Origin: Candidatus Dojkabacteria bacterium
GTDB taxonomy: Bacteria > Patescibacteriota > Dojkabacteria > SC72
Assembly: GCA_012513575.1 (NCBI GenBank)
Contig: JAAZBX010000002.1
Coordinates: 33,830-97,829, forward strand
Direction: 5' to 3'
Length of the DNA: 64,000 nt
Part shown: in pieces, positions 51,471-61,853 of the stretch
Numbering within the stretch: the first letter of the stretch is position 1
Layout: each line of letters begins with the position of its first letter
Program-made: the position numbers and the translations under genes
The notes under the pieces: generated by a model
What the model was told of the DNA's origin: nothing
What the model saw: the letters and a program-made list of their open reading frames with translations, nothing else
The model's database searches: none

Positions 51471-51953
51471 ATGTCAAAAAAAACGAAGAAGGTCTCAAAA
51501 GATGAAATCGCATCTTCAAAAGAACCCAAACAACTTGATTTAGATATTAAAGAACCTTTTAAGAATAAGCTATATAAGGCTAAAAGGAATTTTGATTTTG
51601 CAGTCTTAAGACTTGAAGTAATAAAATTTCTGAAAGACCCCTTGGTATGGTCAGTCATAATTTGTGGATTTTCTTTATCGATTTTTCAGATTAATTTAAT
51701 TATGGCAAATATTGGTAAAATGCCTACTCTCGTTCCACTTCTGAAATTTTACAACTCCCCTTTGGATATTCTCTCCCCTAAAGAATTTCTATATACAATT
51801 CCTTCTCTTTGCATTTTTATCACGCTATTGACACTATTTTCGGTTTCTAGAAATTACAACAGAGAGAAATCCCTTTCAAAAATTCTTTTAATCTGCTCAT
51901 CTGCTTCCACAATTCTTTTGTCAATAATTTTAATTCAATTGATTAAAACATAA
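51471..51953 (+). CDS. Hypothetical membrane protein (3 TM)
   Basis: Three hydrophobic segments; TAATG coupling to the next gene. Confidence 0.7.
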   Translation: MSKKTKKVSKDEIASSKEPKQLDLDIKEPFKNKLYKAKRNFDFAVLRLEVIKFLKDPLVWSVIICGFSLSIFQINLIMANIGKMPTLVPLLKFYNSPLDILSPKEFLYTIPSLCIFITLLTLFSVSRNYNREKSLSKILLICSSASTILLSIILIQLIKT

Positions 51954-53161
51954 TGAACACCGAGGCTGGGTTTTACTTAGGGAAATTGCTTAGTTGTTTA
52001 AATCTTTCATTTTTTTCAGAAGCATGGGCAAATTATCTAAAATTTTTGCCAATTCTAATCATCGGTATCCTCTCATCCTTAATACTCACTCCTATAATTG
52101 GATATATTGCCAACAAATATGACATAACATATAAGCCAGGAGTTAAAAGGCAGGGAAGAGACTTCGACAACCAAGAAAAGGCTATTCACGAAGGGATTAC
52201 ACCATCATTGGGAGGATTGGCTATTACTATCCCCACCCTTCTCGCTATCGTTTTTTTCTTTAAAATGGACAGTACTACTATTCCAATTCTAATTTCAATT
52301 TTGATTCTAATAATTGGTTCGACACTAGATGACATATTTAATTTACCTGCAAAAGCTCAATTACTCTATCAGCTTGTTGCTGCAATAATAATTGCTTTTT
52401 CAATAATAAATCTTACAAATCTTTCAATTATCAATATTCCATTAGATGCCTTCACCTGGAATTTTAAGTTATTAGGAATACAAAACTCTTTTGTATTCCC
52501 TGGAGATCTAATTATGATTTTTTGGATTATTGTCTGCATTAATGCTTACAAATGGACTGCAGGCTCACCTGGAATAATTGAAGGCAACTCAATTATAATA
52601 TTCCTTTTAATCTTCATAATTTCCACGAGATTTAATATTCTCTTCTCTTCAACCTTAAGCATATTAATTACTGGAGGAATGATTATCTTCTTTATTTTTG
52701 CCCTACCACCACAAAAGATTATGACTGGCTCTGCTGGGAAATCAATATATGGCTTCCTAATATGTGTTCTTTCAATTTTAGCAGATGCGAAACTAACAAC
52801 ATCGTTAATACTTTTAATAATTCCACTTCTTGATTTTATTTTTGTAATAATTAAAAGGTACGTCACACACAGGCCAAAAAGCATTTCTGAATTGATGAAG
52901 ATAAATGGTCCCGACCATTTCCATCATCAATTAATTAAAATAGGTTTGACAAGAACACAGGTTGTATTAGCAGAAATTTCAATTACACTTCTTTTTGGTT
53001 CTATTGCCATTCTTACAGCTGGAGCTGTCAGATACTTTGCTGTTGTACTAGTTATAGCTCTTGCTACTGGAGTAATTGTATATACAAATATTAGGGCTTT
53101 GAAGAAAGAGAAAAAGAAAGAAATTAACAAAGAATCCCCTGAATCAAGATTCTCATATTAG
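51953..53161 (+). CDS. Polyprenyl-phosphate HexNAc-1-phosphate transferase (WecA/TagO/MraY family)
   Basis: IH..TPSLGGLAI, GSTLDDIF, PPQKIMTGSAG, PLLD, DHFHHQL; about 11 TM. Confidence 0.85.
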   Translation: MNTEAGFYLGKLLSCLNLSFFSEAWANYLKFLPILIIGILSSLILTPIIGYIANKYDITYKPGVKRQGRDFDNQEKAIHEGITPSLGGLAITIPTLLAIVFFFKMDSTTIPILISILILIIGSTLDDIFNLPAKAQLLYQLVAAIIIAFSIINLTNLSIINIPLDAFTWNFKLLGIQNSFVFPGDLIMIFWIIVCINAYKWTAGSPGIIEGNSIIIFLLIFIISTRFNILFSSTLSILITGGMIIFFIFALPPQKIMTGSAGKSIYGFLICVLSILADAKLTTSLILLIIPLLDFIFVIIKRYVTHRPKSISELMKINGPDHFHHQLIKIGLTRTQVVLAEISITLLFGSIAILTAGAVRYFAVVLVIALATGVIVYTNIRALKKEKKKEINKESPESRFSY

Positions 53162-53203
53162 CAATTATTAGACAAAAGGAAGACTTCTACATATAATGTT
53201 TTT

Positions 53204-53836
53204 ATGAAAAAATTAAAAACTGCCATCTTGATATTTCTTTCTGTACTTTTCTTCTCAACCCTATTTTTCTTCTTCCCACCTAAAAAACTCATAGGTCAAC
53301 TCCCATTTCTTAATAGATTTTACAACAATACCTCCCTTGAAATTGTGACCCAGAGAGGAAAAGCAAAAATTTGGATTAATGAAAAAGACTACGGAGAAAC
53401 CCCAGTAACAGTTCAAGATCTTCCAGAAGGGAACTACTTAGTTGAAATGGAGAAAATCGCACCCGAAGATGCCTTTTACAAAAAGCACTCTTTCAATATT
53501 GAACTCACTAAGAATACAACTGCTAGGATGGATATTGAAATTGGTCCAGAAGACCTTCTTCATGGTTCAATCCTATATTACTCTCCAATGAAAACTTCTC
53601 CAGACAAGGGCTATCTGACAGTAACATGTAGCACAAATGATTCTAAAATTTATGTGAATGGGGAATTTACAAACAGGGCCAGTTTAACTAATATTGAATT
53701 AGAAAAGGGAGAACAAAAGATAAAAGTCGAAAATGATGGATACATTGGAATTGAGCTTCCTGTTAACATAAGAGAGAATTACCAGTTAAATTTAAAAATT
53801 TATCAATTACCAATTCCTATTTCTTTAGAAGACTAA
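53204..53836 (+). CDS. Membrane-anchored double PEGA-domain protein
   Basis: AKIWINEKDYGETP..LPEGNY; SKIYVNG..LEKGEQKIKVENDGY. Confidence 0.8.
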   Translation: MKKLKTAILIFLSVLFFSTLFFFFPPKKLIGQLPFLNRFYNNTSLEIVTQRGKAKIWINEKDYGETPVTVQDLPEGNYLVEMEKIAPEDAFYKKHSFNIELTKNTTARMDIEIGPEDLLHGSILYYSPMKTSPDKGYLTVTCSTNDSKIYVNGEFTNRASLTNIELEKGEQKIKVENDGYIGIELPVNIRENYQLNLKIYQLPIPISLED

Positions 53837-53840
53837 TATT

Positions 53841-56837
53841 ATGAATAATTTACGATTCAATAAAGTAAAAAGCAGTACACCCATTTCAATCATTGTTCAT
53901 GGGGGAAATAGAATGGGTTATTTAACCGCAAAAACATTAGTCGAACAGGGCGGTTATGTTGTAATCATTGACAAATTTAACACAGATACAAAAAAATACA
54001 TTTCAGAACTTAAGAAGTCAGATCTTGTAGATTTTTTTGACTTCAAAGGTTTTGAATCTCTATTTAAAAATATTAAGAGATTCGACTACCTGTACTACAT
54101 GCTCGAAGACAAATTAAAAGAAAACGAATTTGAAAGTAAAGATTTTCTGCTTGAAACAAAATATCTCGAATTGAGTCTTACCCAAGTCAAAAAGAACAAC
54201 GCCAAATTCTCACTCCTTACCTCCCTTGCACTAAACAGAGAACTTGCCAAAAGAACCAATTCAGATTATCTCTCAAAACCCTCGGCATACTCAAATATTG
54301 AATTGCAAAAGTATTGCGAAACAATGGTTGCAGAGTTTAAGGATAAAACTGATATTAATGCGAGAATTGTTCGAATTGGAACGTTGATAGGCAGTGGAAT
54401 TGAGAAAGTTGAGGATGAAAGCGTTCATAATTTGATTACAGAGGCGACACAAAGCTCCCAAATAACAATAAAAGGAGATGGTCTTGATATTCACAACCTT
54501 ATTCAAGAAGATGATGCAATTTACGGATTATTAAAATTGACTTTTTCGAATAATACTAAAGGCGAGGTCATTTCGCTAGCAAATAAAAACGACTATACAA
54601 CCCTGTCTATTGCTTATAAATTACTAGAACTAAATACAGAGGCTCAAAGTATAAGATTTGAGGATGATCCAGATGAGAAATATCTTATTCAAGACATTTA
54701 TGTGCCTGCTCCACATGCTAGTAAGTATGGATGGAACCCACAGATGACTCTTGAAAAAGCCCTAATTGAGCAAATACAGGTATACTACGACAATATCAAC
54801 AAATCATGGGACATATCATCTACTCAAGAGAAAGAGAGTAAAAAGACTACAACAAAAGTTACCAAAACCAAATTGGGAGAATTTATACATAAGCTTACTG
54901 AGCCGATTAGAAAAATTAAAATTCACAGAGGAAATTCACGTCTCTCAAAAAAAGGCATCCTTAAAAGCATTACTACATCTGTTCTAATTGCAGCTTTCTC
55001 ATATTTTGTAATCTACCCTATACTTGGGACTGTAATTGGGCTTTCGGTCATTAATTCTTCCATAAAGCTTCTATCTCAAAATGTCTTCAACTCAAATACT
55101 GACTCTAATAACCAACAAATCTCCAAAATAGAAAACAACCTTACTAGAATTTCTGACAGTTTTGAAAATATGGGGTGGATGTTTTCTGTCTTTGGGAAAA
55201 AATCTCTATATAACGATTTTTCAAAAGTTCTTACTGCATCACAACAATCCGTACAAGGCGGAAAGTTGCTTCTTGAAGCAACCTATCCACTTTCTATGTA
55301 TATTAAAGATTTTAAGCCAGCGATAACCTTTGATGACTCTGTTCCCTCTAATACAAGAGAATACCGTGACTATTTAGAAAAGATTGGTGAGAACAGGTAC
55401 AAACTTGAAGAGGCCTCATACAGAATTACCCTTGCAAATGAGATATTAAAAAAGATTGATATCAACTCTTTTCCCAAAATTACTCAGGAGAAGGTTATAA
55501 AAATTAAAGAGCTATCAAAAACTGCTGAATCTGCAACAAATACTTACAAAGAGACCACTGCTTTCCTCCCAGAGATATTAGGTGTTACTGAAAGGCAAAG
55601 ATATCTTGTTCTTCTTCAGAACGAATCTGAGATTAGAAGCACAGGAGGCTGGATTACAAGTTACGGAATAGTTGGCATTGAGGGCGGACAGATACGAGAA
55701 CTCTTTGTTGATGATATATATAATGCAGATGGAACATTACGTGTACAAGGAAAAAGGTATTCTCCTCCCGAATCAATGAGTAAAGCCCTTGGAATCGACG
55801 AATGGAGTTTTTCACTGGTAAACTGGAGTCCCGACCTTGCCGAAACAAGAATTGCTTCTGAACAATTTGTCTCTGACCTTGGGAAGGGCAATGATCTTGA
55901 TGGAGTAATAACAATTGACATAACTTTCTTCCAAAAACTACTCGACAAATGGGGAGGCGTTGAAGTCCCAGGAGAGGATGAAATTATTACTGGACAAAAT
56001 ATTTACGAAAAAGTTTTCCAAATGCACAGAGAATTTACTCCAGGTTCTACACAAAAAACAACTTTCCTAGCTAACTTAGCTAACGAGATAATAAAAAAAT
56101 TCCTTTCAATGGACATTGGGCAATTTGTTGAAATCGGAGATGTTCTTTTAAGCTCCCTTGACGAGAAGCATCTTCAAGTTTCTTTCAAGAACAATTCCGC
56201 ATATAACTTCTTCAACAATAGAAACTGGGCTGGTAGCCTTGACAACAAATATAATGATGCCCCAATTTCTATTGATTGGAACTGGGGAGGAAACAAGGCC
56301 AATCAATATCTTAATAAGAATTTAGCTCTCAATATTTCCATTAAAGACGAAGAGACAATAGATTTTGCCTATACATTAACAGTTGAAAATTCTTCAACAA
56401 ACAACGTTTATCCTCAAGGAGACTACATTAACTATCAGAGAATATTTATCCCCTCCGAAGCCCAAATATTAAAAGTAGTAGGTTTTGATAAAAACAAATT
56501 TTCAACTTACAAGGAAAGCGGACTGAAAGTGATAGGTGGTTGGTTTAATATCCCAGTAAAAGAGGTTGCTACATTAGAGATATCTTACCGATTGAAGAGA
56601 ACAGATTCTGGGTCACAATTTCCTCTAACAAAGCAGGATGGAACAACTTTTTTGGATTTAAATATTTTCAAACAAGCAGGCGAGAGAAAACACGCATATA
56701 AACTTGATATCGCCTATCCTCCAAGTTGGGTTCTAACCAACCCTGCTGGCTTAAATACCATTAGTAACCAACTATCTAGTAGATTTGAGCTTAATAAAGA
56801 CATGGAATATAAAATAGTTTGGAATACTCCGAACTAA
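53841..56837 (+). CDS. Fusion of degenerate NAD-dependent epimerase/SDR domain, TM and DUF4012-like extracellular domain
   Basis: N-terminal Rossmann-like IIVHGG..G..L...G..V.IID; central TM; YLVLLQNESEIRSTGGWI, NWSPD, DGVITID, NWGGNKAN, YQRIFIP. Confidence 0.8.
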   Translation: MNNLRFNKVKSSTPISIIVHGGNRMGYLTAKTLVEQGGYVVIIDKFNTDTKKYISELKKSDLVDFFDFKGFESLFKNIKRFDYLYYMLEDKLKENEFESKDFLLETKYLELSLTQVKKNNAKFSLLTSLALNRELAKRTNSDYLSKPSAYSNIELQKYCETMVAEFKDKTDINARIVRIGTLIGSGIEKVEDESVHNLITEATQSSQITIKGDGLDIHNLIQEDDAIYGLLKLTFSNNTKGEVISLANKNDYTTLSIAYKLLELNTEAQSIRFEDDPDEKYLIQDIYVPAPHASKYGWNPQMTLEKALIEQIQVYYDNINKSWDISSTQEKESKKTTTKVTKTKLGEFIHKLTEPIRKIKIHRGNSRLSKKGILKSITTSVLIAAFSYFVIYPILGTVIGLSVINSSIKLLSQNVFNSNTDSNNQQISKIENNLTRISDSFENMGWMFSVFGKKSLYNDFSKVLTASQQSVQGGKLLLEATYPLSMYIKDFKPAITFDDSVPSNTREYRDYLEKIGENRYKLEEASYRITLANEILKKIDINSFPKITQEKVIKIKELSKTAESATNTYKETTAFLPEILGVTERQRYLVLLQNESEIRSTGGWITSYGIVGIEGGQIRELFVDDIYNADGTLRVQGKRYSPPESMSKALGIDEWSFSLVNWSPDLAETRIASEQFVSDLGKGNDLDGVITIDITFFQKLLDKWGGVEVPGEDEIITGQNIYEKVFQMHREFTPGSTQKTTFLANLANEIIKKFLSMDIGQFVEIGDVLLSSLDEKHLQVSFKNNSAYNFFNNRNWAGSLDNKYNDAPISIDWNWGGNKANQYLNKNLALNISIKDEETIDFAYTLTVENSSTNNVYPQGDYINYQRIFIPSEAQILKVVGFDKNKFSTYKESGLKVIGGWFNIPVKEVATLEISYRLKRTDSGSQFPLTKQDGTTFLDLNIFKQAGERKHAYKLDIAYPPSWVLTNPAGLNTISNQLSSRFELNKDMEYKIVWNTPN

Positions 56838-57172
56838 ACTTTAATCGCTTTCTGCTTTTTTAACTCTTCATAAACATCTAAAACATCTTGTGTAGAAAAA
56901 CCCTTTTGAGGAAGAAATCTACTAATTTCACTCTCTTCCAAGTCTGTATTCAAGGGAACCCTTTGGGTTACACCAAGGGGAGATACCAAAGTAGCAATAT
57001 GCTTTGACTTACAATTATGGCAAGAAAAGTGTATAATCGTTGACATCCCAGTATTCTGGACGATATTAATATCATCAACAGTGTAAGGAGTGCCACACTT
57101 ATCACAAAATCTTGCGATTGAATCGATAAAAAATTGTTTCCTTTGTATTGTAATTGGGTCTGTACTGTCCAT
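56834..57172 (-). CDS. Small zinc-ribbon protein
   Basis: CDKC...CHNC; divergent from rpoD. Confidence 0.75.
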   Translation of the reverse strand: MDSTDPITIQRKQFFIDSIARFCDKCGTPYTVDDINIVQNTGMSTIIHFSCHNCKSKHIATLVSPLGVTQRVPLNTDLEESEISRFLPQKGFSTQDVLDVYEELKKQKAIKV

Positions 57173-57198
57173 ATATAAATTATACCATATCTAAATCA

Positions 57199-58278
57199 AT
57201 GCAGAATAACGATAAAGCAATTTCTTTGTTAGTAAAAAAGGGCAAAGAGCAGGGATTCCTAACCCAGGAAGAGCTCTTGGATGTTTTCCCTACTGTTGAA
57301 GAGAACATTGATCTTCTTGATAAGATATTTGAACAGTTGCAAGAAAACGAAATCGAAGTTTTAGAGCCAGAAGAGACAATTACTGAAACGGCTAAAGAGG
57401 AATTAACGCTTGAGAAAAAGATTAAAATATTAAAATCTATTCAATCAACTCTCTCGACGGATGCTATTCGTTCCTATCTTTATGAAATTGGAAGAATCCC
57501 ACTACTTACAGGAGAGGAAGAAGTAATTCTTGCAAAGAGGATTGAAGAGGGAGACTTAGAGGCCACACAACTTCTTATTACCGCCAACTTGAGATTAGTT
57601 GTTAGTATAGCAAAAAAATATGGGAAATCTAATCTAGAGCTTCTAGACCTAATTCAAGAGGGAAATATCGGTTTAATGAGGGCTGTGGAGAAATTTGACT
57701 ACAAGAAAGGCTTTAAATTCTCAACTTATGCTACGTGGTGGATTAGACAAGCAATTACTAGAGCAATTGCAGACCAGGCAAGAACTATTCGTGTTCCCGT
57801 ACATATGATTGAAACTATAAATAAATATAATAAAGTAAACAATATTCTTGCAACAAAACTTGGAAGAGCTGCTACTGATGAGGAAGTTGCTAAAGAGATG
57901 GATATTGAGCTATCAAAAGTAGCTGAAATTAAGAAAATCAATCAAAATCCTACCTCCCTCTCAACACCAATTGGAGAGGAGAAAGACAGCAAACTCCAAG
58001 ACATAATACCTGATGATAGATCACAATCACCAGAGGACTATGCGACAGGAGAATATTTAAAGAATCAGCTTCACGAAATTCTGGACAGTCTCCAAGACAG
58101 AGAAAGACGTGTACTTGCATTAAGATTTGGGCTAGAAGATGGTGTTTCAAGAACATTGGAAGAAGTAGGAAAAGAATTCGGAGTAACTAGAGAAAGAATC
58201 AGACAAATAGAAGCAAAGGCTTTAAAGAAACTAAAGGAGAAGTCATCTCAACAAAAGCTTGATGATTACATCGATTAA
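57199..58278 (+). CDS. rpoD: Primary sigma factor RpoD/SigA
   Basis: Region 1.1 [58 protein letters not shown]; start at 57199 assumed. Confidence 0.98.
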   Translation: MQNNDKAISLLVKKGKEQGFLTQEELLDVFPTVEENIDLLDKIFEQLQENEIEVLEPEETITETAKEELTLEKKIKILKSIQSTLSTDAIRSYLYEIGRIPLLTGEEEVILAKRIEEGDLEATQLLITANLRLVVSIAKKYGKSNLELLDLIQEGNIGLMRAVEKFDYKKGFKFSTYATWWIRQAITRAIADQARTIRVPVHMIETINKYNKVNNILATKLGRAATDEEVAKEMDIELSKVAEIKKINQNPTSLSTPIGEEKDSKLQDIIPDDRSQSPEDYATGEYLKNQLHEILDSLQDRERRVLALRFGLEDGVSRTLEEVGKEFGVTRERIRQIEAKALKKLKEKSSQQKLDDYID

Positions 58279-58520
58279 TTCTTCTTATTGAGATTTAAAA
58301 ACTCTCTTGGAGAAACAGGCATCTTTTGTGATGTCTTATCGTAAACCTCATCTAGACTCTCTTTTGAGAAAGTCTTTTCCAAAGGTGTTTTGTACACATC
58401 CTCTTCAATGTTTAGCTCCTTTCCAGAGGTATCAAAAACAAATGCAAGACCTGCCCAAACTAAAGCTACTAAAAAAAGCAATATTATCGCAGGTATATAT
58501 TTTTTAAAAATTTCTCCCAT
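58275..58520 (-). CDS. Small single-TM protein downstream of pilN/pilO-like genes
   Basis: N-terminal TM; TAATG coupling to the pilO-like gene. Confidence 0.65.
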   Translation of the reverse strand: MGEIFKKYIPAIILLFLVALVWAGLAFVFDTSGKELNIEEDVYKTPLEKTFSKESLDEVYDKTSQKMPVSPREFLNLNKKN

Positions 58521-59140
58521 TACTCAATGTTATAAAAATTAGTTGAGGGGATATTATATATTCTTATCAAAAGCGAAAAAGACATCTCATTACTCCCTGA
58601 AGAGGTGTTCCTTCCAAAAGCCACTCTTTCAATAACACAGTTCATGGGCAATGATTCAAAATCTTTTAAAAGATTAATAAAATTACTATAAAGGCCAGTA
58701 ACAGAAAGTTGAATCACCCCAGGTTTCACGAGAGAGGTTGGTAAATCGTAGGAATCTCCATCGTACTTATCAAATCTGAAAGATGCCAATTTAAAGGAGT
58801 TCCTATTGACTATTGGTTCAATATTAGAAAGCAACAAAATATATTTCTCTGATTCGGGATAAACAAATTGCAAGAACTCAAATTTCTCTTTGGACTCATC
58901 ATATTCTTTTTCTAACGACGAAATCATTTGAATTCTTTGGTCAAGAGTTTGTGATATCCTTTCCTTCTCTTTAATATCCTTTCTAATTATTACAATTTTT
59001 GTAACAGTCGGACGTATAGCAAAGACAATAAGAAGAACAATAATCGCAAAAGTTACCCCAACTGTAATAAAAGAATTATTTTTATCCTTAGACTCTTTAA
59101 TTGTTGTAATTAATCCTAAAGAGGACCTCTTCTCTTCCAT
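58520..59140 (-). CDS. pilO: Type IV pilus assembly PilO-like protein
   Basis: TM + FAIRPT, coiled coil, P, LSVTGLYSNFINLLKDFESLP..IE. Confidence 0.75.
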   Translation of the reverse strand: MEEKRSSLGLITTIKESKDKNNSFITVGVTFAIIVLLIVFAIRPTVTKIVIIRKDIKEKERISQTLDQRIQMISSLEKEYDESKEKFEFLQFVYPESEKYILLLSNIEPIVNRNSFKLASFRFDKYDGDSYDLPTSLVKPGVIQLSVTGLYSNFINLLKDFESLPMNCVIERVAFGRNTSSGSNEMSFSLLIRIYNIPSTNFYNIE

Positions 59141-59697
59141 TAATCTTGTTTGCCAACAATGTTAAATGACACACCAACCGAAATTTCAGCATCTTCTTTT
59201 TGGATGCTAAAACTTACATCTGAATATCTTTCATTCTCTTTCAGTGCAGATTCGTAGATTTTAACCTCTTCTAAACTACTAGCCATAAAACTCATACTAA
59301 CCTTTGACTCATTCAAAGTAAATCCTTTTAGAGTCAAGGTTATCGGAATGCCACTTACTATTTCGCTAACAACACTTGAATTTATTTGTTGACCATTTTT
59401 TACTGTTCCAACATCTTTTAAAAGTTTTTGATAACGAGAAAAAAGGATGTTATTACTGACCCAGGGTTCAGTTCTTAATAGTTGAATCTGACTCTCTACC
59501 TCCTCATTAAGATCAATTCTTTTTTTATCCAAAAAAAATCTTGAAAAGAAAACACCTAAAACTATCATTTCAACAAATATGAGAAGATATTTCCCTATTG
59601 TAACCATCCACTCATAGGCTTTTGTGAAAGCATCGTTTTCTGTGTAAACCGGATCAATTAGGTTTATCGAATTTTTATTTTTCTTTGATATGGCCAT
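59140..59697 (-). CDS. pilN: Type IV pilus assembly PilN-like protein
   Basis: INLI motif, TM, coiled coil, IP..TL ferredoxin-like region; paired with pilO-like gene. Confidence 0.7.
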   Translation of the reverse strand: MAISKKNKNSINLIDPVYTENDAFTKAYEWMVTIGKYLLIFVEMIVLGVFFSRFFLDKKRIDLNEEVESQIQLLRTEPWVSNNILFSRYQKLLKDVGTVKNGQQINSSVVSEIVSGIPITLTLKGFTLNESKVSMSFMASSLEEVKIYESALKENERYSDVSFSIQKEDAEISVGVSFNIVGKQD

Positions 59698-59736
59698 GGG
59701 CAGTCTCAGATTTTCTATTTTAGTATAGCATATCTA

Positions 59737-61182
59737 TTAAATTTTCTTGAAAAGAATAATCCTTTCTCTCTTTTCAAGTGCTATCAAGGCTTTTTGTGTA
59801 CTCTCTGGAATAATTGGTTCATACAATTCGATTACTTTTTTAAGCAGGTAGCTTAGATTGTTTAAAATGTTAGTACATTGATCCTTCGTAACTTCTTTTT
59901 TCCAGGGCTCCTTTTCTGTAATATACTTGTTTCCAAAGTTTGCTAATTCATCGATTTTCTCAGAAACTAAAGCAATCTCGAAATCTTCAAAAAGACTCTT
60001 AATCTCAGAAACTCTGCTATCTACCTCATATTTGAAATTTTCCTCCAAAGCTCCCTCATTATTAATTTCAACTTCTTTCTCATTGGACAAGTGAATTACC
60101 CTATTAAGAAGATTCCCAAAATTGTTTGCAAGCCTTGAGTTGTATAAATTCAAAAGGTCATCTTCTTTGTATGCGGAATCTGAAAAGGTTGAAATTCCTG
60201 AAAGGAGATAAAATCTAACAACTTCTGCTCCAAATTTTTGCTCCTGATCAAAAGGCGAAATTACATTGCCCAATGTTTTAGACATTTTTCTTCCATCAGC
60301 CCCAAGAACCATTCCGTGTTCAAGTAGTTTAGCACTGTGTTTAAGACCTGCAGAAGCTAACATTCCTTGCCATATTACACCTTGAAATCTTAAATTATCA
60401 GGTCCAAAAATCTGGACTCCTGGCCACCATTTTTCAAGTTTATTCTTATCTTCACCAAACCCAACTGCATTAACATAATTTGTTAAGGCATCAAACCAAA
60501 CATAGAAAACATGCTCTGGATCATTGGGAACCTCAATTCCCCAAGGAAGATTCTCCTTTAACCTTGATATACTTATATCTTCAATTTCCTGAATAATTCT
60601 TTTAAGTTCATCTCTCTTCTGGGAAGGTTTTAGTACTTCAGGGTTCTTCTCCAACCATTCTAAAAGTTTCTCTTTGTAGTTCGAAAGACGGAAGAAATAG
60701 TTCTCTTCATTTCTTTCTTCTGGAGCAACTCCGTGTTCGGGACATTTCCCATCAATCAGCTCCTTCTCTGTAACAAATCTCTCACAACCCACACAGTATT
60801 TTCCTGAATATCTCTTCTTATAAATATCCCCATTTTCTGAACAAACCCTCCAAAACTCTTTTGCACTTTCAATATGTTTTGGATCTGAAGTTCGGTAGAA
60901 ATTGTCATAACTTACAAAAAATAATTTGCAAAAATCCTTAAACCTATTAGCATATTTGTTAACAAAATCATTTATCTCAAACCCTTCTTCTTTTGCTTTT
61001 CTCCATATCTTTAATCCATGTTCATCTGTTCCAACATTAAAAAACACATTTTCTTTTCCAAGTTTCTTTCTAAAGTATCTAGCCAAAACATCTGCCTGTA
61101 CAAATTCCAAAGCATGACCAATATGTGGTTCAGCATTTACATATGGCAAAGTTGTAGTAATGTAGAAATTTTTGTTATTCAT
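59737..61182 (-). CDS. metG: Methionyl-tRNA synthetase (short, no C-terminal tRNA-binding domain)
   Basis: FYITT..YVNAEPHIGH, GTDEHG, YVWFDALTNY, KMSKT. Confidence 0.97.
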   Translation of the reverse strand: MNNKNFYITTTLPYVNAEPHIGHALEFVQADVLARYFRKKLGKENVFFNVGTDEHGLKIWRKAKEEGFEINDFVNKYANRFKDFCKLFFVSYDNFYRTSDPKHIESAKEFWRVCSENGDIYKKRYSGKYCVGCERFVTEKELIDGKCPEHGVAPEERNEENYFFRLSNYKEKLLEWLEKNPEVLKPSQKRDELKRIIQEIEDISISRLKENLPWGIEVPNDPEHVFYVWFDALTNYVNAVGFGEDKNKLEKWWPGVQIFGPDNLRFQGVIWQGMLASAGLKHSAKLLEHGMVLGADGRKMSKTLGNVISPFDQEQKFGAEVVRFYLLSGISTFSDSAYKEDDLLNLYNSRLANNFGNLLNRVIHLSNEKEVEINNEGALEENFKYEVDSRVSEIKSLFEDFEIALVSEKIDELANFGNKYITEKEPWKKEVTKDQCTNILNNLSYLLKKVIELYEPIIPESTQKALIALEKRERIILFKKI

Positions 61183-61213
61183 ATGGTAATTATATACTTA
61201 AAAAAGAATTATT

Positions 61214-61282
61214 GAAAAGAAAAGCCTAGATACTTGTTTATTGATTGTAGGAATGAATACCATACAAAACAAGCACTAGGCT
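61214..61282 (-). terminator. Long stem-loop with U-tract ending the two-gene cassette
   Basis: Minus strand AGCCTAG-TGCTTGTTT...AAACAAGTA-T-CTAGGCT then TTTCTTTT; inner TTGTA(T)GG/CCTACAA stem. Confidence 0.7.
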
Positions 61283-61301
61283 CTTTCATTGTTAACTAAA
61301 C

Positions 61302-61586
61302 TTATGGGAGATCAGCCTTTTCTTGTTCAATTCTGTGTTCTACCACAGTAGCTGTATTCACTATGTTAAACCCAAGGAAAACAAAAATTATTAGCATCCA
61401 AATAGCATTGAGGACAGCGTTGTATACAGCAAAAAAATCCAGGAAAAGGAAAGAAAGCCAATAGCAGGCAACAGCATGTTCGCGCATTTTTTGCGTTGCT
61501 TTTGGTGTCAATTCATTTTTCCCCAAGAAGATCGTTAGGTAAACTCCTAACAGGAACAGTGTAATAGCAACAATTAGATATACCAT
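61302..61586 (-). CDS. Small hypothetical membrane protein (3 hydrophobic segments)
   Basis: AGGAG SD 4 nt before ATG; hydrophobic 94-aa ORF. Confidence 0.7.
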   Translation of the reverse strand: MVYLIVAITLFLLGVYLTIFLGKNELTPKATQKMREHAVACYWLSFLFLDFFAVYNAVLNAIWMLIIFVFLGFNIVNTATVVEHRIEQEKADLP

Positions 61587-61598
61587 TTTTCTCCTATT

Positions 61599-61853
61599 CT
61601 AATTCAAATGACGCTTGTTTACGATCCAGAAGACTTCTTCTGAAAATCTGCCATCACCACGTGTATGGTTGATGTACCAATTGTAATCTTCCATTGAGGA
61701 GATAACCATGTAACCCCTCTGGCCACTTAGGTCAAAGATTACAATTACTTTCTCATCAATGTTTTTCTGTTTGAGCAACTCTTGATATGTCGCTTTTCTA
61801 GGCACAGGTCTTGCAAAACTTACAATATTCGGCTCGTATATTACTTTGTGCAT
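61599..61853 (-). CDS. Small hypothetical soluble protein
   Basis: AAGGAGG SD 3 nt before ATG; TGgTATAAT at 61909-61901 upstream. Confidence 0.7.
   Translation of the reverse strand: MHKVIYEPNIVSFARPVPRKATYQELLKQKNIDEKVIVIFDLSGQRGYMVISSMEDYNWYINHTRGDGRFSEEVFWIVNKRHLN

Noticed and set aside
61214-61300. T-box riboswitch for metG, or integron attC site
   Set aside because: No T-box UGGNACC antiterminator motif or stem I, and metG has its own adjacent -10; no proper RYYYAAC/GTTRRRY ends and no integrase
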